Source of the DNA: Candidatus Latescibacterota bacterium
GTDB lineage: Bacteria > Latescibacterota > CBDEFO01
Assembly: GCA_965237525.1 (NCBI GenBank)
Contig: CBDEFO010000004.1
Location: 64,001-128,000 of the forward strand
Length of the DNA stretch: 64,000 nucleotides
Direction of reading: 5' to 3'
Part shown: positions 43,067 through 53,287 of the stretch, in pieces
Numbering within the stretch: the first letter of the stretch is position 1
Layout of the letters: each line of letters begins with the position of its first letter
Notes under the pieces: generated by a model
The model's database searches: none
Told to the model about the DNA's origin: nothing
What the model saw: the letters and a program-made list of their open reading frames with translations, nothing else
Program-made: the position numbers and the translations under genes

Positions 43067-44098
43067 ATGCCATTAATCGAAAAGTCAAGGCAACTGTATA
43101 GATGTTGCCCTTTGTGTTAGTCTACAAGTTTCAATTTGTCGATTTCTGCTGACTGTAGGTCTCACCCTCTATACAATTCGGAACTTCCTGGATTTATAAA
43201 CTGGCAGCAATGTAATACCTTTGGTCACAATTTTGCAGATGGATACTTTACTAACCCGATTAATTCATAAACTTGATGGAAGTCATTGCGAGGAGCAAAG
43301 CGACGAAGCAATCTCAAGGTTTTATAGTGGTCTCCTATCAGAGCCGGAGAGTATTACATCTACCACAGAATCGAGATTGCTTCGCCTCCGGATCGCAATG
43401 ACACCGAAGGTGGTTAAACGTCATAACTATAATATAATACAATCCCTTAATTAATATACGGCCTTTTTTTGTGAATTATTCGGGCTAAAGAGGCAACAGA
43501 TATTCTTTTTAGCAAAACCCATGACTATCAGTTATTTAATGTTAAGGATGTTGAGAAATTTCGATGTATGTCTGCAAGATTGATTGATAAAATATCTTCT
43601 GTCTTAAATGGTCAGAAAGGTAAATGGTTGGATGTTGGTTTCGGTAACGGTTTATTAATGACGACATGTGAAGAATATGGTTTTGAGCCAGTCGGTATTG
43701 ATCTTCGCCAAATAGCTGTAGATAAGATGAAGCAACTTGAATATGAAGCTCACTGCATGGAATTAAAAAATTATAAACAATTCAATAGTTTTACAGTTAT
43801 TTCGATGGCCGACGTGTTGGAACATATGCCGTACCCAAGGGAAGCACTTTCTCATGCTCATAAATTGTTAATACCAGGGGGAGTATTGTTTATATCGTGT
43901 CCTAATATGGATTCGTTTCTTTGGAAGGCCTTAACTAAAGAAAACAAGAATCCATATTAGATAGAAATAGAGCATTATCATAATTTTGGACGGAAGCTCC
44001 TTTATTCATTATTAACTGAGCATGGATTTAACCCCTTAACTTATAGCATAAGCGAAAGATATCGAATTGGTATGGAAATTATTGCGATTCGAGAATAA
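43067..44098 (+). pseudogene. Class I SAM-dependent methyltransferase cassette, interrupted by MITE and two TAG stops
   Basis: Removing the MITE restores ...ADGYFTKEATDILFSKTH.... WLDVGFGNG and DVLEHM motifs. TAG at 43118 and 43958. Low GC. Confidence 0.85.
43255..43484 (-). mobile_element. MITE copy 2
   Basis: Reverse complement of copies 1 and 3, CTAA target duplication (43251-43254 and 43485-43488). Confidence 0.9.
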
Positions 44099-44102
44099 TG
44101 AA

Positions 44103-44174
44103 ATATAACAAGGCGCTACACCTGACCGCTATTCCGCTACGTTGTATAACGGCTGGTGAGCTTGGTCTTTATTT
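44103..44174 (+). other. attC-like site 5 (core G mutated)
   Basis: ATATAACAAGGCGCTACACCTGACCG...CGGCTGGTGAGCTTGGTC(T)TTATTT. Confidence 0.72.
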
Positions 44175-44217
44175 CACTTTGGTGAGGATGAAAGAACTGC
44201 GAGCTCAATACTGTATG

Positions 44218-44366
44218 AAAATATCGGAGTTTGTATTACTTGTTTCGAAATTAAAAATGAAATAGTGTGCTTGACTTTCAAAAGTTTTAACGGTAAATTG
44301 CAGATTGGTTATGAGTCATTATCTAGGCTATGATAAGTGGAAGTCATTTGGGTTAATTAATAATTA
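44218..44366 (+). promoter_or_regulatory. Promoter/attI-like module C
   Basis: TTGACT(44271)-N17-TAAATT ... GGTTAATTAATAA/TTAGGCT. Confidence 0.7.
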
Positions 44367-44388
44367 GGCTGCGCCCCAGGAGATTTGT

Positions 44389-45156
44389 ATGGGAAATCAA
44401 AAGACACTAATTGTTGGTTCCATTCTATCAGTGATACTCCTGCTTTTTCTGGGTTGGCTGCAGAGTGAAGAGGCGAAGTTTCTAAACCTTTCTCCTCAAT
44501 GGCTAGCAATCGCGGTATTGCCGGTGTTGGTAGCACTTTTTGCTGGGGGATTCATAACACGGTTCAAGGGTTTCGGCGTTGAACTAGAGGCGACTCTGAG
44601 AACACCGGTTGCATCTATGAACTTGACGGCATCCGGTGCAGTTGCAGATATCCCGGGTGATGAGAAGAAAAGCTTCCTATATATCGATAATCTACCGGAC
44701 GATAAGAAGCTCGCAACTCGGAGGCTCCTCTTTAGATCTGGACGGCAGGATTTCTACACTCCCCATGGCATCGAGCGATATGCTCAGGAACTACCAAATA
44801 TTAAGTACTTTGAGATTCGTACCGAGTCTGGAGAGATAATATGCTTTATACCGATCTCTACTTTCCGTGACACCGCCCAACCACGACGCGCTCTCGATTT
44901 CGAAAAACTAAAATTGTTGGTCCAAGCTATTAAACAGAACGAGGTTCCCAACGCTTTCAAGGAGTCTGCCATCACGTTGACGGTTTCTAATGACCAAAGT
45001 TTAGTCGATGTATTAAAGAAGATGCGAACTGAGAGCGCGGAGTTCGCACCGGTAGTATCTCCTACGGGGAAGTACTTGGGTGTGGTGTTTGCCCGTGACG
45101 TGGAGAGACGAATTGCGGATTCAGTGCTGGCGACAACGAAGGCAAGTTCAGCCTAA
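44389..45156 (+). CDS. Membrane-anchored protein with C-terminal CBS-like domain, gene cassette
   Basis: Two N-terminal TM segments + FKGFGVEL, C-terminal APVVSPTGKYLGVV. Cassette ends TTAGGCTG / CAGCCTAAC are complementary. Confidence 0.72.
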   Translation: MGNQKTLIVGSILSVILLLFLGWLQSEEAKFLNLSPQWLAIAVLPVLVALFAGGFITRFKGFGVELEATLRTPVASMNLTASGAVADIPGDEKKSFLYIDNLPDDKKLATRRLLFRSGRQDFYTPHGIERYAQELPNIKYFEIRTESGEIICFIPISTFRDTAQPRRALDFEKLKLLVQAIKQNEVPNAFKESAITLTVSNDQSLVDVLKKMRTESAEFAPVVSPTGKYLGVVFARDVERRIADSVLATTKASSA

Positions 45157-45239
45157 CAACAGCGTGAACGGGACCGGCTTCCAACCGGCCGGGGATTCCG
45201 CTTCCGCTCCACCGCGGTGGATGAGCCGCAGCGTTATAT
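45151..45239 (+). other. attC-like recombination site 6
   Basis: GCCTAACAACAGCG ... GTTATAT, overlapping the stop codon. Confidence 0.68.
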
Positions 45240-45351
45240 TTTTCATGTAATTTCAGTATGGAATTTTATCGTCATGATAGGCATAGAAGCAATCCGCATT
45301 CCCCAGCCACACAACAGATAGCAGCTCCACCTCCTTACAGGCAGAGATCGC

Positions 45352-47193
45352 TTACTCTGATGCGATCAGTTCCTTAAATTGAGGTTCCTCTCTTACAAAG
45401 TCTAAGTCCTTATCATGCTTCATCCATTCGAAGTCTTTAAGCCCAAGATCAATTGCCCGTTTGATCCACACAAGGGACGTCTTTAGGTCGCGTTTGAGGG
45501 AGTAGTAGCACCCGATGCTGTAGGATGCCCAGGGATCGTCCTGGAACTTTTCTGCCTCCTCTAAGGTTGATTGGGCCTGTTCGTACAGACCCTGGATGTG
45601 GTAGATGGAGGCCAATCTTCCATAAGCGTAGCCGTAGTGGGGATTCATCTTCAGGGCTTTTTGAAACTCAACTACGGCAACGTTGTACATTCCTCTGTGT
45701 TTATATATGTCCCCTATGTTAGACTGGGCGTTTACATAGCTGGAGTCAGTAGATAGGGCTTTCTGGAATTCCGATATAGCCTCATCATATCGGGCCTTGT
45801 AATAGTATTTTACCCCTAAGTTGTTGTGTGCCAGCACCTGTTTTGGATCTATCTCCACAGTTTTTCTGTATTCCTCTATAGCATCGTTGGTCATCCCCTT
45901 TTGGGAGTACGCGTTTCCAAGGTTATAGTGGGCTCCGGCGTAGTTGGGTTCAAGCTCTACTGCTTCCTTCCATTGTGCTATTGCCTCGTCCAACAACCCC
46001 TTCTGGGAGTATGCGTTTCCGAGATTGCTGTGCGCTAAGGCGAGGCTCGGCTCGATCCTTATGGCCTTTTTGTATTCTCTTATAGCTTCCTCGATCGTTC
46101 CCCTCTGGAGATAAGCGTTTCCAAGGTTGTTATGGACTTCGGCGTAGCCGGGATATATTTCTAATGCTTCTTTCCATTCCTTTATAGCTTCACCCATAAG
46201 GCCGTTGTTGGCGTAGGAAAGAGCCAAGCTGTTGTGCGGTCTGGCTCTGTAAAGGAGCTCTTTCTCCCGGTAGATCCTATATTCTTCAAGTGCCTCGTTG
46301 GCCATCCCATTTCGTCTGTAGGCATCAGCTAATTCCCTGTGGGCTTCAGCGTAATCGGGATAAAGATCTATTGCTTTTCTATAGCTATCTGTAGCCCGAT
46401 CCAGGAGTCCCTCTTTCTTGTAGGCGTTTCCAAGCTGTAGGTGAGCCTGGACGAAATTGGGATCCAGCTCTAGCACCCTTTGATATCTTGCGATGGATTC
46501 TTTCAGAAGTCCCTTGTCTGCGAACACTAACGCAAGGCCATAGTGCGCTTCTTCGTAGCCGGGACGTATGCCGATGGCGGTCTGGTATTCTGAAATAGCA
46601 TGGTCAGACAATCCTTTCCTTCTAAAAACCTCTCCAAGGCCGTGGTGAGCTTCAGCAAAACCTGGGTAGAGCCTGAGTGCCCTTCTGTATCCTGCTGCGG
46701 CTCTGTCGAGTTGTCCTTTCTGTCTGTAAACCTCTCCAAGGCCGTAGTGAGCTTCCACGAAATCCGGATAGATCCACAGCGCCCTGTCGTACTCTTTGAT
46801 AGCTGCGTCCAGTAGGCCCTTTAAGGCATATACCAGCCCGAGGTTATAGTGAGCTTCTGCATATCCGGGATACCTCTTAAGTACCTTCTTATACTCCGAT
46901 ACAGCCTCGTTCAGGAGACCCTTATCTGAGTAGGCGTTTGCCAGGTCGAACTGCGCTCTGGCGTATTCGGGCTGTATGTCGAGAGCCTGCCGGTATTCGG
47001 ATATGGCTTCGTCCAAAAGACCCCTGGAGTGGTATTCACTTCCGGCTCTGTAGTGCTTTTTGGCAGGACTGGCGCAGCCTGCAAGCACGATTAAAGCAGA
47101 CAGAAGACAGTAACCTCCGATAGATTTAATCGGGGGGCACAGGGCATCCCTGCTCATCTGCAGGGATATGAACAAGAGGGCGTGTCTCTTCAC
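45352..47193 (-). CDS. TPR-repeat lipoprotein
   Basis: About 15 TPR units (A.AHYNLG..Y..KG..DEAI), lipobox LAGC. Confidence 0.9.
   Translation of the reverse strand: MKRHALLFISLQMSRDALCPPIKSIGGYCLLSALIVLAGCASPAKKHYRAGSEYHSRGLLDEAISEYRQALDIQPEYARAQFDLANAYSDKGLLNEAVSEYKKVLKRYPGYAEAHYNLGLVYALKGLLDAAIKEYDRALWIYPDFVEAHYGLGEVYRQKGQLDRAAAGYRRALRLYPGFAEAHHGLGEVFRRKGLSDHAISEYQTAIGIRPGYEEAHYGLALVFADKGLLKESIARYQRVLELDPNFVQAHLQLGNAYKKEGLLDRATDSYRKAIDLYPDYAEAHRELADAYRRNGMANEALEEYRIYREKELLYRARPHNSLALSYANNGLMGEAIKEWKEALEIYPGYAEVHNNLGNAYLQRGTIEEAIREYKKAIRIEPSLALAHSNLGNAYSQKGLLDEAIAQWKEAVELEPNYAGAHYNLGNAYSQKGMTNDAIEEYRKTVEIDPKQVLAHNNLGVKYYYKARYDEAISEFQKALSTDSSYVNAQSNIGDIYKHRGMYNVAVVEFQKALKMNPHYGYAYGRLASIYHIQGLYEQAQSTLEEAEKFQDDPWASYSIGCYYSLKRDLKTSLVWIKRAIDLGLKDFEWMKHDKDLDFVREEPQFKELIASE
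47114..47136. repeat. Short palindromic element inside the TPR protein signal peptide
   Basis: CCTCCGATAGATTTAATCGGGGG, read as PPIKSIGG. Confidence 0.75.
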
Positions 47194-47336
47194 CGCTTAT
47201 TTCCCCTTTTCCCAAAAGAGTATCGAAGAACTTTTTTGGTGTCTCGAAAATGTGAAAAGGGAGAGTCTGTATTAGGCTCTCCCTTTTGCACTATATTCCT
47301 CAGTCTGATGAAGATGCAATTCCTTAAAGTTCTACG

Positions 47337-48146
47337 TTAGAATCTTCCTTGTCCTGTTCGCCTCTTAGGCGGAGATTTTTTCGAACTGGATTTAGCCGCT
47401 TTCTTACCGCTGCCTTCTGATGCCTTGGAGGCAGAGCCGGCCCTGCTTGACGAGACAGAGTGCTTGACAGTCCGGATGCTCTCCGTTCTCGACCGCTCGG
47501 AAGTGTACGAACTGCTGTAAGGCGACTTCTCGGCACTGCGCCTTATTGACAGCGTCCTCGTCCTCTGAGGGGTCGGAATAGGCTCAGGCTGATAACCCGG
47601 AATAGGCCTGAGCTCGTACGAACCCCTGACCTTCACAAGTTCGTGGCCGGCAGGTACATCAATCCTTGCTATGATATCTTCCTCTCTGACCGTATTCTGG
47701 TCTGTCTGAGCAGGATCGTTTATCGGGACCAGCTCATATCCAGGAGGCACATAGTACCCTCCGGAATTTCCATAGTAGCCCCCAGTATCTCCGTAATATC
47801 CGGAATTAAGAGGAGAACCGTAGCCGTCGTAGTAGCCCAACCCGTTGTAAGATCCGTAATCGCCGGGATACGATCTGCGGTTCCTAACACCCGGTGCATA
47901 AGGGTCGTATTTGTCAAGCGGACTGATCTCACCTGTCTCTGGCCCCTCATTGATAATTTCGACGTCGGGAAAATCTTCGTCGGAGATCTCGCCTCTTAGC
48001 CACTTGTCTTCGATCTCTTCGCCTTTAGGACTGTCGGAGGGCGTTCTGGGGGCTCTAAGCTTGGTGTAGCCGCACCCGAATGCGAAGAATGAAGCGAAGA
48101 TTCCGATAGCCAACAGCGCTGTTATAAGTCTATTCATACTGATCAC
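47337..48146 (-). CDS. Hypothetical lipoprotein (G/Y-rich middle, S/R/K-rich tail)
   Basis: GGGAG RBS, signal peptide ending AFGC. Confidence 0.7.
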   Translation of the reverse strand: MISMNRLITALLAIGIFASFFAFGCGYTKLRAPRTPSDSPKGEEIEDKWLRGEISDEDFPDVEIINEGPETGEISPLDKYDPYAPGVRNRRSYPGDYGSYNGLGYYDGYGSPLNSGYYGDTGGYYGNSGGYYVPPGYELVPINDPAQTDQNTVREEDIIARIDVPAGHELVKVRGSYELRPIPGYQPEPIPTPQRTRTLSIRRSAEKSPYSSSYTSERSRTESIRTVKHSVSSSRAGSASKASEGSGKKAAKSSSKKSPPKRRTGQGRF

Positions 48147-48269
48147 TCCCTTCAGGAATAAGGGTTGACAACGACATTCCCACCCTTTAGACGCTCATCC
48201 TCCCTTAAAGATTCAGAAATCATCAGATGTGATTCATCTGAGTACAAAATATACGACATAATTTCAAAC

Positions 48270-48566
48270 ATGCAAGGAATATTTTTCTATTTTTTCAGGG
48301 ATGCAAAGGGAGAGTCCCTGTGTACTTATTTGAGGCCAGGCGATAAGGTATGAGGTGTTGTATATGAGATTCCCGGCGACGAATTTTCCGCCCTTGACAA
48401 GAAGAAAGGATACCCAAAATACTACGACCGTGTGGATGTCTCTGTGACCGATCCCAAAGACAATACCCACAGGGCACAGGCATACGTGGGGGCGGATAAG
48501 AATCTGGAGGGCTATCTCCCCTGCAAAGATTACATGAATCTCCTGATTGCCGGTGCGAACACTTGA
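48270..48566 (+). pseudogene. Gamma-glutamylcyclotransferase-like remnant
   Basis: PGDKV*GVVYEI....SALDKKKGYPKYYDRVDV...PCKDYMNLLIAGA, with TGA at 48351. Confidence 0.65.
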
Positions 48567-48689
48567 AGCATCCTGATGACTAAATATAAGTATCGCGGTC
48601 AAGTTTGACTGTCGCTTGACCTCGTCCTACTTAAAACTGCAGCTGCCCCACCTCAATCATTATCACTAAACTCTCGGTGATAACCTCGA

Positions 48690-48812
48690 TGAGGCCTGGT
48701 CTCTGTTCAAGCTCTAATAGAAGTTATCGAGCCCGGCGCGAAACAATAGATCCTAAGGCTAGAGATCTTGCTCTTTTTCAAAGATCGGTTGCCTGGCCAC
48801 AAAAACTCCATC
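48690..48812 (-). pseudogene. EAL/HDOD (YuxH-like) N-terminal remnant
   Basis: GGAG RBS, then VFVARQPIFEKEQ...LLFRAG with breaks. Confidence 0.5.
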
Positions 48813-49035
48813 GTTGATCTCCTTTGCGTCAAAGGTCTCTGTACTACGAAACGTTCTCCAACCCACCTGCTAAATGCGATTCTTCCTATCTATTCTTTTG
48901 CATTTTCTCATACGCCGCTTTCATCTTATTCACGTCCATACCACTCCCAAAGGTATTGTCTCCTTCCCGTTTGGAGTAATTAGAGTACCTTAGGATCGAT
49001 TTGCGGTGCTCCTATTCATCGTTAAACCCACAGGG

Positions 49036-49476
49036 TTACGTAAAAAATCGGGAATTGCTTATTCTGATCTTTACAGAGAGATCGTTTATAACATTTCTTA
49101 ACATCTTGAGACCTATACAGTGGTATTTTCTGAGCAGTCTGTCGAACTCCGCGGTGTTTAAGCTCAGCGCTATTGACTTTTCTGAAGAAACTACCGTCGC
49201 TGACCTGATCTTTCCCGTGATGACGCCCATTTCCCCTACCATTTGTCCAGGGTTGATCTGAGCTACGCTGACACCGCCGAGGGACCTTACGTCCAGTTCA
49301 CCAGACATGAGGATCAACATCTCACTGCTGCCTCCCCCGTACTTGAATATCACCTCATTGGGCTCATACTCCTTCTGCTGGCATACGCTCAGCACGAGTT
49401 TTGCCTCATCCACAGAAAGTTCCCCAAACATGGGGATCTTTCTTATCATGTTCAGCACTTTGAAGTCGGTTGCCAT
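49036..49476 (-). CDS. Cyclic nucleotide-binding domain protein
   Basis: IPMFGEL, GQMVGEMGVITGKIRSATV. Confidence 0.88.
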   Translation of the reverse strand: MATDFKVLNMIRKIPMFGELSVDEAKLVLSVCQQKEYEPNEVIFKYGGGSSEMLILMSGELDVRSLGGVSVAQINPGQMVGEMGVITGKIRSATVVSSEKSIALSLNTAEFDRLLRKYHCIGLKMLRNVINDLSVKIRISNSRFFT

Positions 49477-49868
49477 GTCTTATCCTCCTTCACGTAACGG
49501 AAGGCTCTTCTCCCAAAACAGTAACGTGAACTCCAGTACATCCAAATTGGACAGATAGCTTAGCAACTTCTTAAAGTCGTCAAGAGCTCAAAATGAGTCT
49601 CCACGGGGGCTGTTATGTCAAATAAACCTTGTATCTTTACAGATGCAATTTAGAAATAAGTTGTCTTGTACCACTCGATTTGGTACAATAGTATGCCCAC
49701 CAACAGAAAGGTAAGACTGTCAAGTCGGGTAGTCTGTGCAACCAACGCGAAAAACTTGCTTTACTTGTCCAATTACGTGCTCAGAAAAACGGGTTCGGTT
49801 CATTCCCGCTCTTGCATTCCTATGACAAACTTCTGTCTAAATGTCCTACGCGGAGATAAGTTTAATCT

Positions 49869-50465
49869 CTATCCTGTCTCGTTAAAAAAGTAACTTATGC
49901 GGACATTTAAGGCGGACGCGATCTTACGTAAAGTAGAAATTGAAGCTGAAGTGTCTCCCAATTCGATCTTGGATATTAGGCTAACAGATAGCCCTGTCCT
50001 GTTTGCCAACTGCTTGATCGTTAACCCTTTTCCCTGCCTTAAAACCCTAATTCTTCCTCCTATCTCTGATCCTAACTCTTCGTCAGGATCAACTTCCATG
50101 CCCTTTTCAGCCAGAACCTTTTTTATGACATCTAACAGTTCTCGCATCCTGAACGGTTTCGTGATGTAATCAGTAACACCCAGCTTCATCGTGGTGATGG
50201 CCGATTCCACGGTCGGGTAACCCGTAACTACGATTACGGACACATCAGAATTGAGCTTCTTTATGTCTTTAAGGAGATCATCGCCTGTTATTGTGGGCAT
50301 TCTTAGATCCAGAAGTACCACGTGATGCATCCCACTTTTAAGTTTGCCCATCGCCCTTCGGGGATCAGTGACACTTTCAACATCAAAACCCTCTTGAGTC
50401 AGGTAATGACTAAGCGAATCGCTAAATTCTTTGTCGTCGTCAACTATCAGTGTCTTAATCTTCAT
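49869..50465 (-). CDS. Response regulator with C-terminal XRE HTH
   Basis: LIVDDD, LLDLRMP, TKPF, then LTIKQLANRTGLSVSLISKIE. Confidence 0.9.
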   Translation of the reverse strand: MKIKTLIVDDDKEFSDSLSHYLTQEGFDVESVTDPRRAMGKLKSGMHHVVLLDLRMPTITGDDLLKDIKKLNSDVSVIVVTGYPTVESAITTMKLGVTDYITKPFRMRELLDVIKKVLAEKGMEVDPDEELGSEIGGRIRVLRQGKGLTIKQLANRTGLSVSLISKIELGDTSASISTLRKIASALNVRISYFFNETG

Positions 50466-50857
50466 CTTAGCTTTACTTCAATTCATGCTGAAGTTTTTGT
50501 CAAAACATCTTCAAGTTCTGACAATTTAAAGGTTTTGTACAGTATCGCGTAAAAGCCTATTCCCCTTGCCGCTGTCCTCTTAGTAAAAAGCAATTAGGAT
50601 CAAGCACTTGTCGATAAAAAGTTTCAACTATTATTTTATGATATGACGTGAACCCCAAAGTGGACAGGGTCTTAATATACGACGATGCCGACTCTTTGTC
50701 AACCTTTTTCAAATCATAACATATATATTCTACAATTATTTAGTATGAATAAACTATTCTATAAATACTATATAAAAAGAAAGCCCCCCATTTCTGACGG
50801 GCTGTGTGTTTGAGTATCGCCGACTCTTTTACATTTAGAGACTCTTTACCTACAGGA

Positions 50858-52993
50858 TTATTCACTCGTTCCCATTATCACCTCGCGTAATGTCTTGCTC
50901 AGTTCTTCGACCTTATATGGTTTGGCAACAAAACTGCTAAAACCATATTGCCTGAAATTGGCTAATACCGGATCGTTAGAATAACCGCTCGATACAATGG
51001 CCTTAACCTCAGGGTCTATTTCAAGCAGCTTCCTGATGGCTTCTTTTCCCCCGATACCGCCAGGCACAGTTAAATCCATAATAACTGCATCAAAGGGCTG
51101 TCCTTATTTCTGGGCCTGCTTGTAAAGCTTGATAGCTGCGGCGCCATCTTCGGCAAACTGTGCCTCATATCCAAAATGAGTCAGTATCTGGCTGAGGGAC
51201 TCTCTGATGTCTTCCTAATCGTCCATAATCAAAATCTTGCCCTTGCCGGCAAGGGGTCTGTCCTCTAAATCTTCCTTTATCTGGATTTCTTTTGAGGTAG
51301 CGGGGAGATAGATATGGAAGGTGGTTCCAACTCCCAACTCGGATTCTACACTTATGTACCCATCGTGGTTTGTAATTATGGAATAGGAAGTCGTAAGACC
51401 AAGGCCGCTGCCTTCCTGTTTAGTCGTGAAAAAGGGATCGAATATCTTATCAAGATGCTCCTGGGATATACCGATCCCCTGATCTTCAACGCATATTTTT
51501 ATGTATTTTCCCTCTTGTAAAGGGAGAGAGTTTTTTGCTCCTACGGTAACATTTTCAGCACGCATCTTAATTGTACCGCCCTCGGGCATCGCCTGGTCAG
51601 CGTTGATAATCAAATTGTTGATGACCTGACTTATCTGTCCTTCATCAACTTCGACCGCCCAAAGATCGTCAGGCATGGAGAATTCGCACTTAACATTGGA
51701 GCCTCTCAAGGCAAAGCCGACTGAATCTTTTATTAACTCTGAGATAGAGATCGTCTCCTTAATCGGCGCTCCGCCGCTGGAAAAGGTGAGCAATTGCTGG
51801 GTCAGGTCCCTTGCCTTTATGGACACTTTCTCTATCGTAGTCAATACCTCAGAGATTTCATCTTCCGATTTTGCATACTTTGCAAGGGAGACATTGACCA
51901 AAATCGTAGCTAGAACATTATTAAAGTCGTGTGCAATTCCCGCTGCTACGTGTCCTAAAACATTGAGCCTTTCCATCCGGACTATCTGCTCTTGCGCCTC
52001 CTGCAATTTTCGATAGGAGTGATCTAAATCCAGGCTCATCCGGCTCAGTTCCTGATTGGCTCTCTGCACAAGAGTAAAAATGTCCTGACTGGAGCCTATG
52101 TCTCGACCTAAAATCTGAGCTATCTCCTCAACTTTTTCTGTGGCCTTTGAAGTTATCTCCTTTAGGTCGTCTTCGGACATCTTGAATCTATCTTTTAGCT
52201 TTTCTATCTTATCGAAGGATCCAACTGTCCAGATCTTTCCGGAACAGGCATTGGATACGTTATCAGCCAAAGCGACCAAAGAAATCATAAGCTGTTCCCG
52301 TCCGTTCTTCTTTGTATCTAAATCTGGCGGGGTGTGATGCAGCCAGGCAACTCCTATCAGATGATCAGGAAACCTCCACTTTTCCATAATCCACTTGCCC
52401 ACCAGACCGTGGCCAACTCCGATTATGCGCCTTTCCGCCTCAGACGAGTCAATTCTCTCCTTGATAGATAGCTCAAGCGCAGCACCAAATTTTTCAGGGA
52501 CCTGCACATCCAGAATTAGTTTTCCTACATCGTGAAGCAGACCGGCTACGAACACTTCATCCGAAAAGTCGAAACCGAGCTTTTCTGATATGTCCTGGGA
52601 TAAAACAGCGCAGGATAAGGAGTGTCGCCAGAACTCCTTGATGTCTAAGTTGGAGTTTTCCAGGAATGCTAAGGTGTCCATCAAAGAAATGCTCAACACG
52701 ATGCTCTTCAGCTTATTAAATCCCAAGGTAACTATGGCATCTTTGACTGTGGATACGGCTTTGGGCCTTCCGTAGAGAGCGGAGTTGGCAACCGTGAGAA
52801 CTTTAGCTGTCAGAGATTGATCCTTTTCCACAAGTTCCGCCACATCCTGGATGCTGGAGATCTCAGCGAGCACCCTGTTCATTATCTCCGCAACCACCGA
52901 AGGCAGTGTGGGAAGACCATCCAGATTCTCTATGGCTTTTTTTATCTTTGCCCTGTCAGAATCCCTTGAATTGACCATCCTATTGTCGCCCAA
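50858..52993 (-). pseudogene. HDOD-histidine kinase-receiver hybrid with two in-frame stops in the receiver
   Basis: HDOD (LPTLP, FWRHS, GLLHDVGK), HDFNN, FDPFFTTK, then IMDD*EDI (TAG 51215) and QK*GQPFD (TAA 51104). Confidence 0.87.
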
Positions 52994-53059
52994 GATTTAC
53001 GGCAGCCAAGGTAGGTAGGAAGTCCTGTACACCGTCTGCTCTTTTTTTCTCCTTATTAG

Positions 53060-53287
53060 CCCAAATAATTCATAAAAAACGCCGTGTATTAATTAAGGGA
53101 TTGTATTATATTATAGTTATGCCGTTTAACCGCCTTCGGTGTCATTGCGAGCCGAAGGCGAAGCAATCTCGATTCTGTGGTAGATGTAATACTCTCCGGC
53201 TCTCATAGGAGACCACTATAAAACCTTGAGATTGCTTCGTCGCCTTGCTCCTCGCAATGACTCCAGCAAGTTTATGAATTAATCGGA
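53060..53287 (+). mobile_element. MITE copy 3
   Basis: TTAG target duplication (53056-53059 and 53288-53291), overlapping the stop codon of the adjacent gene. Confidence 0.9.
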
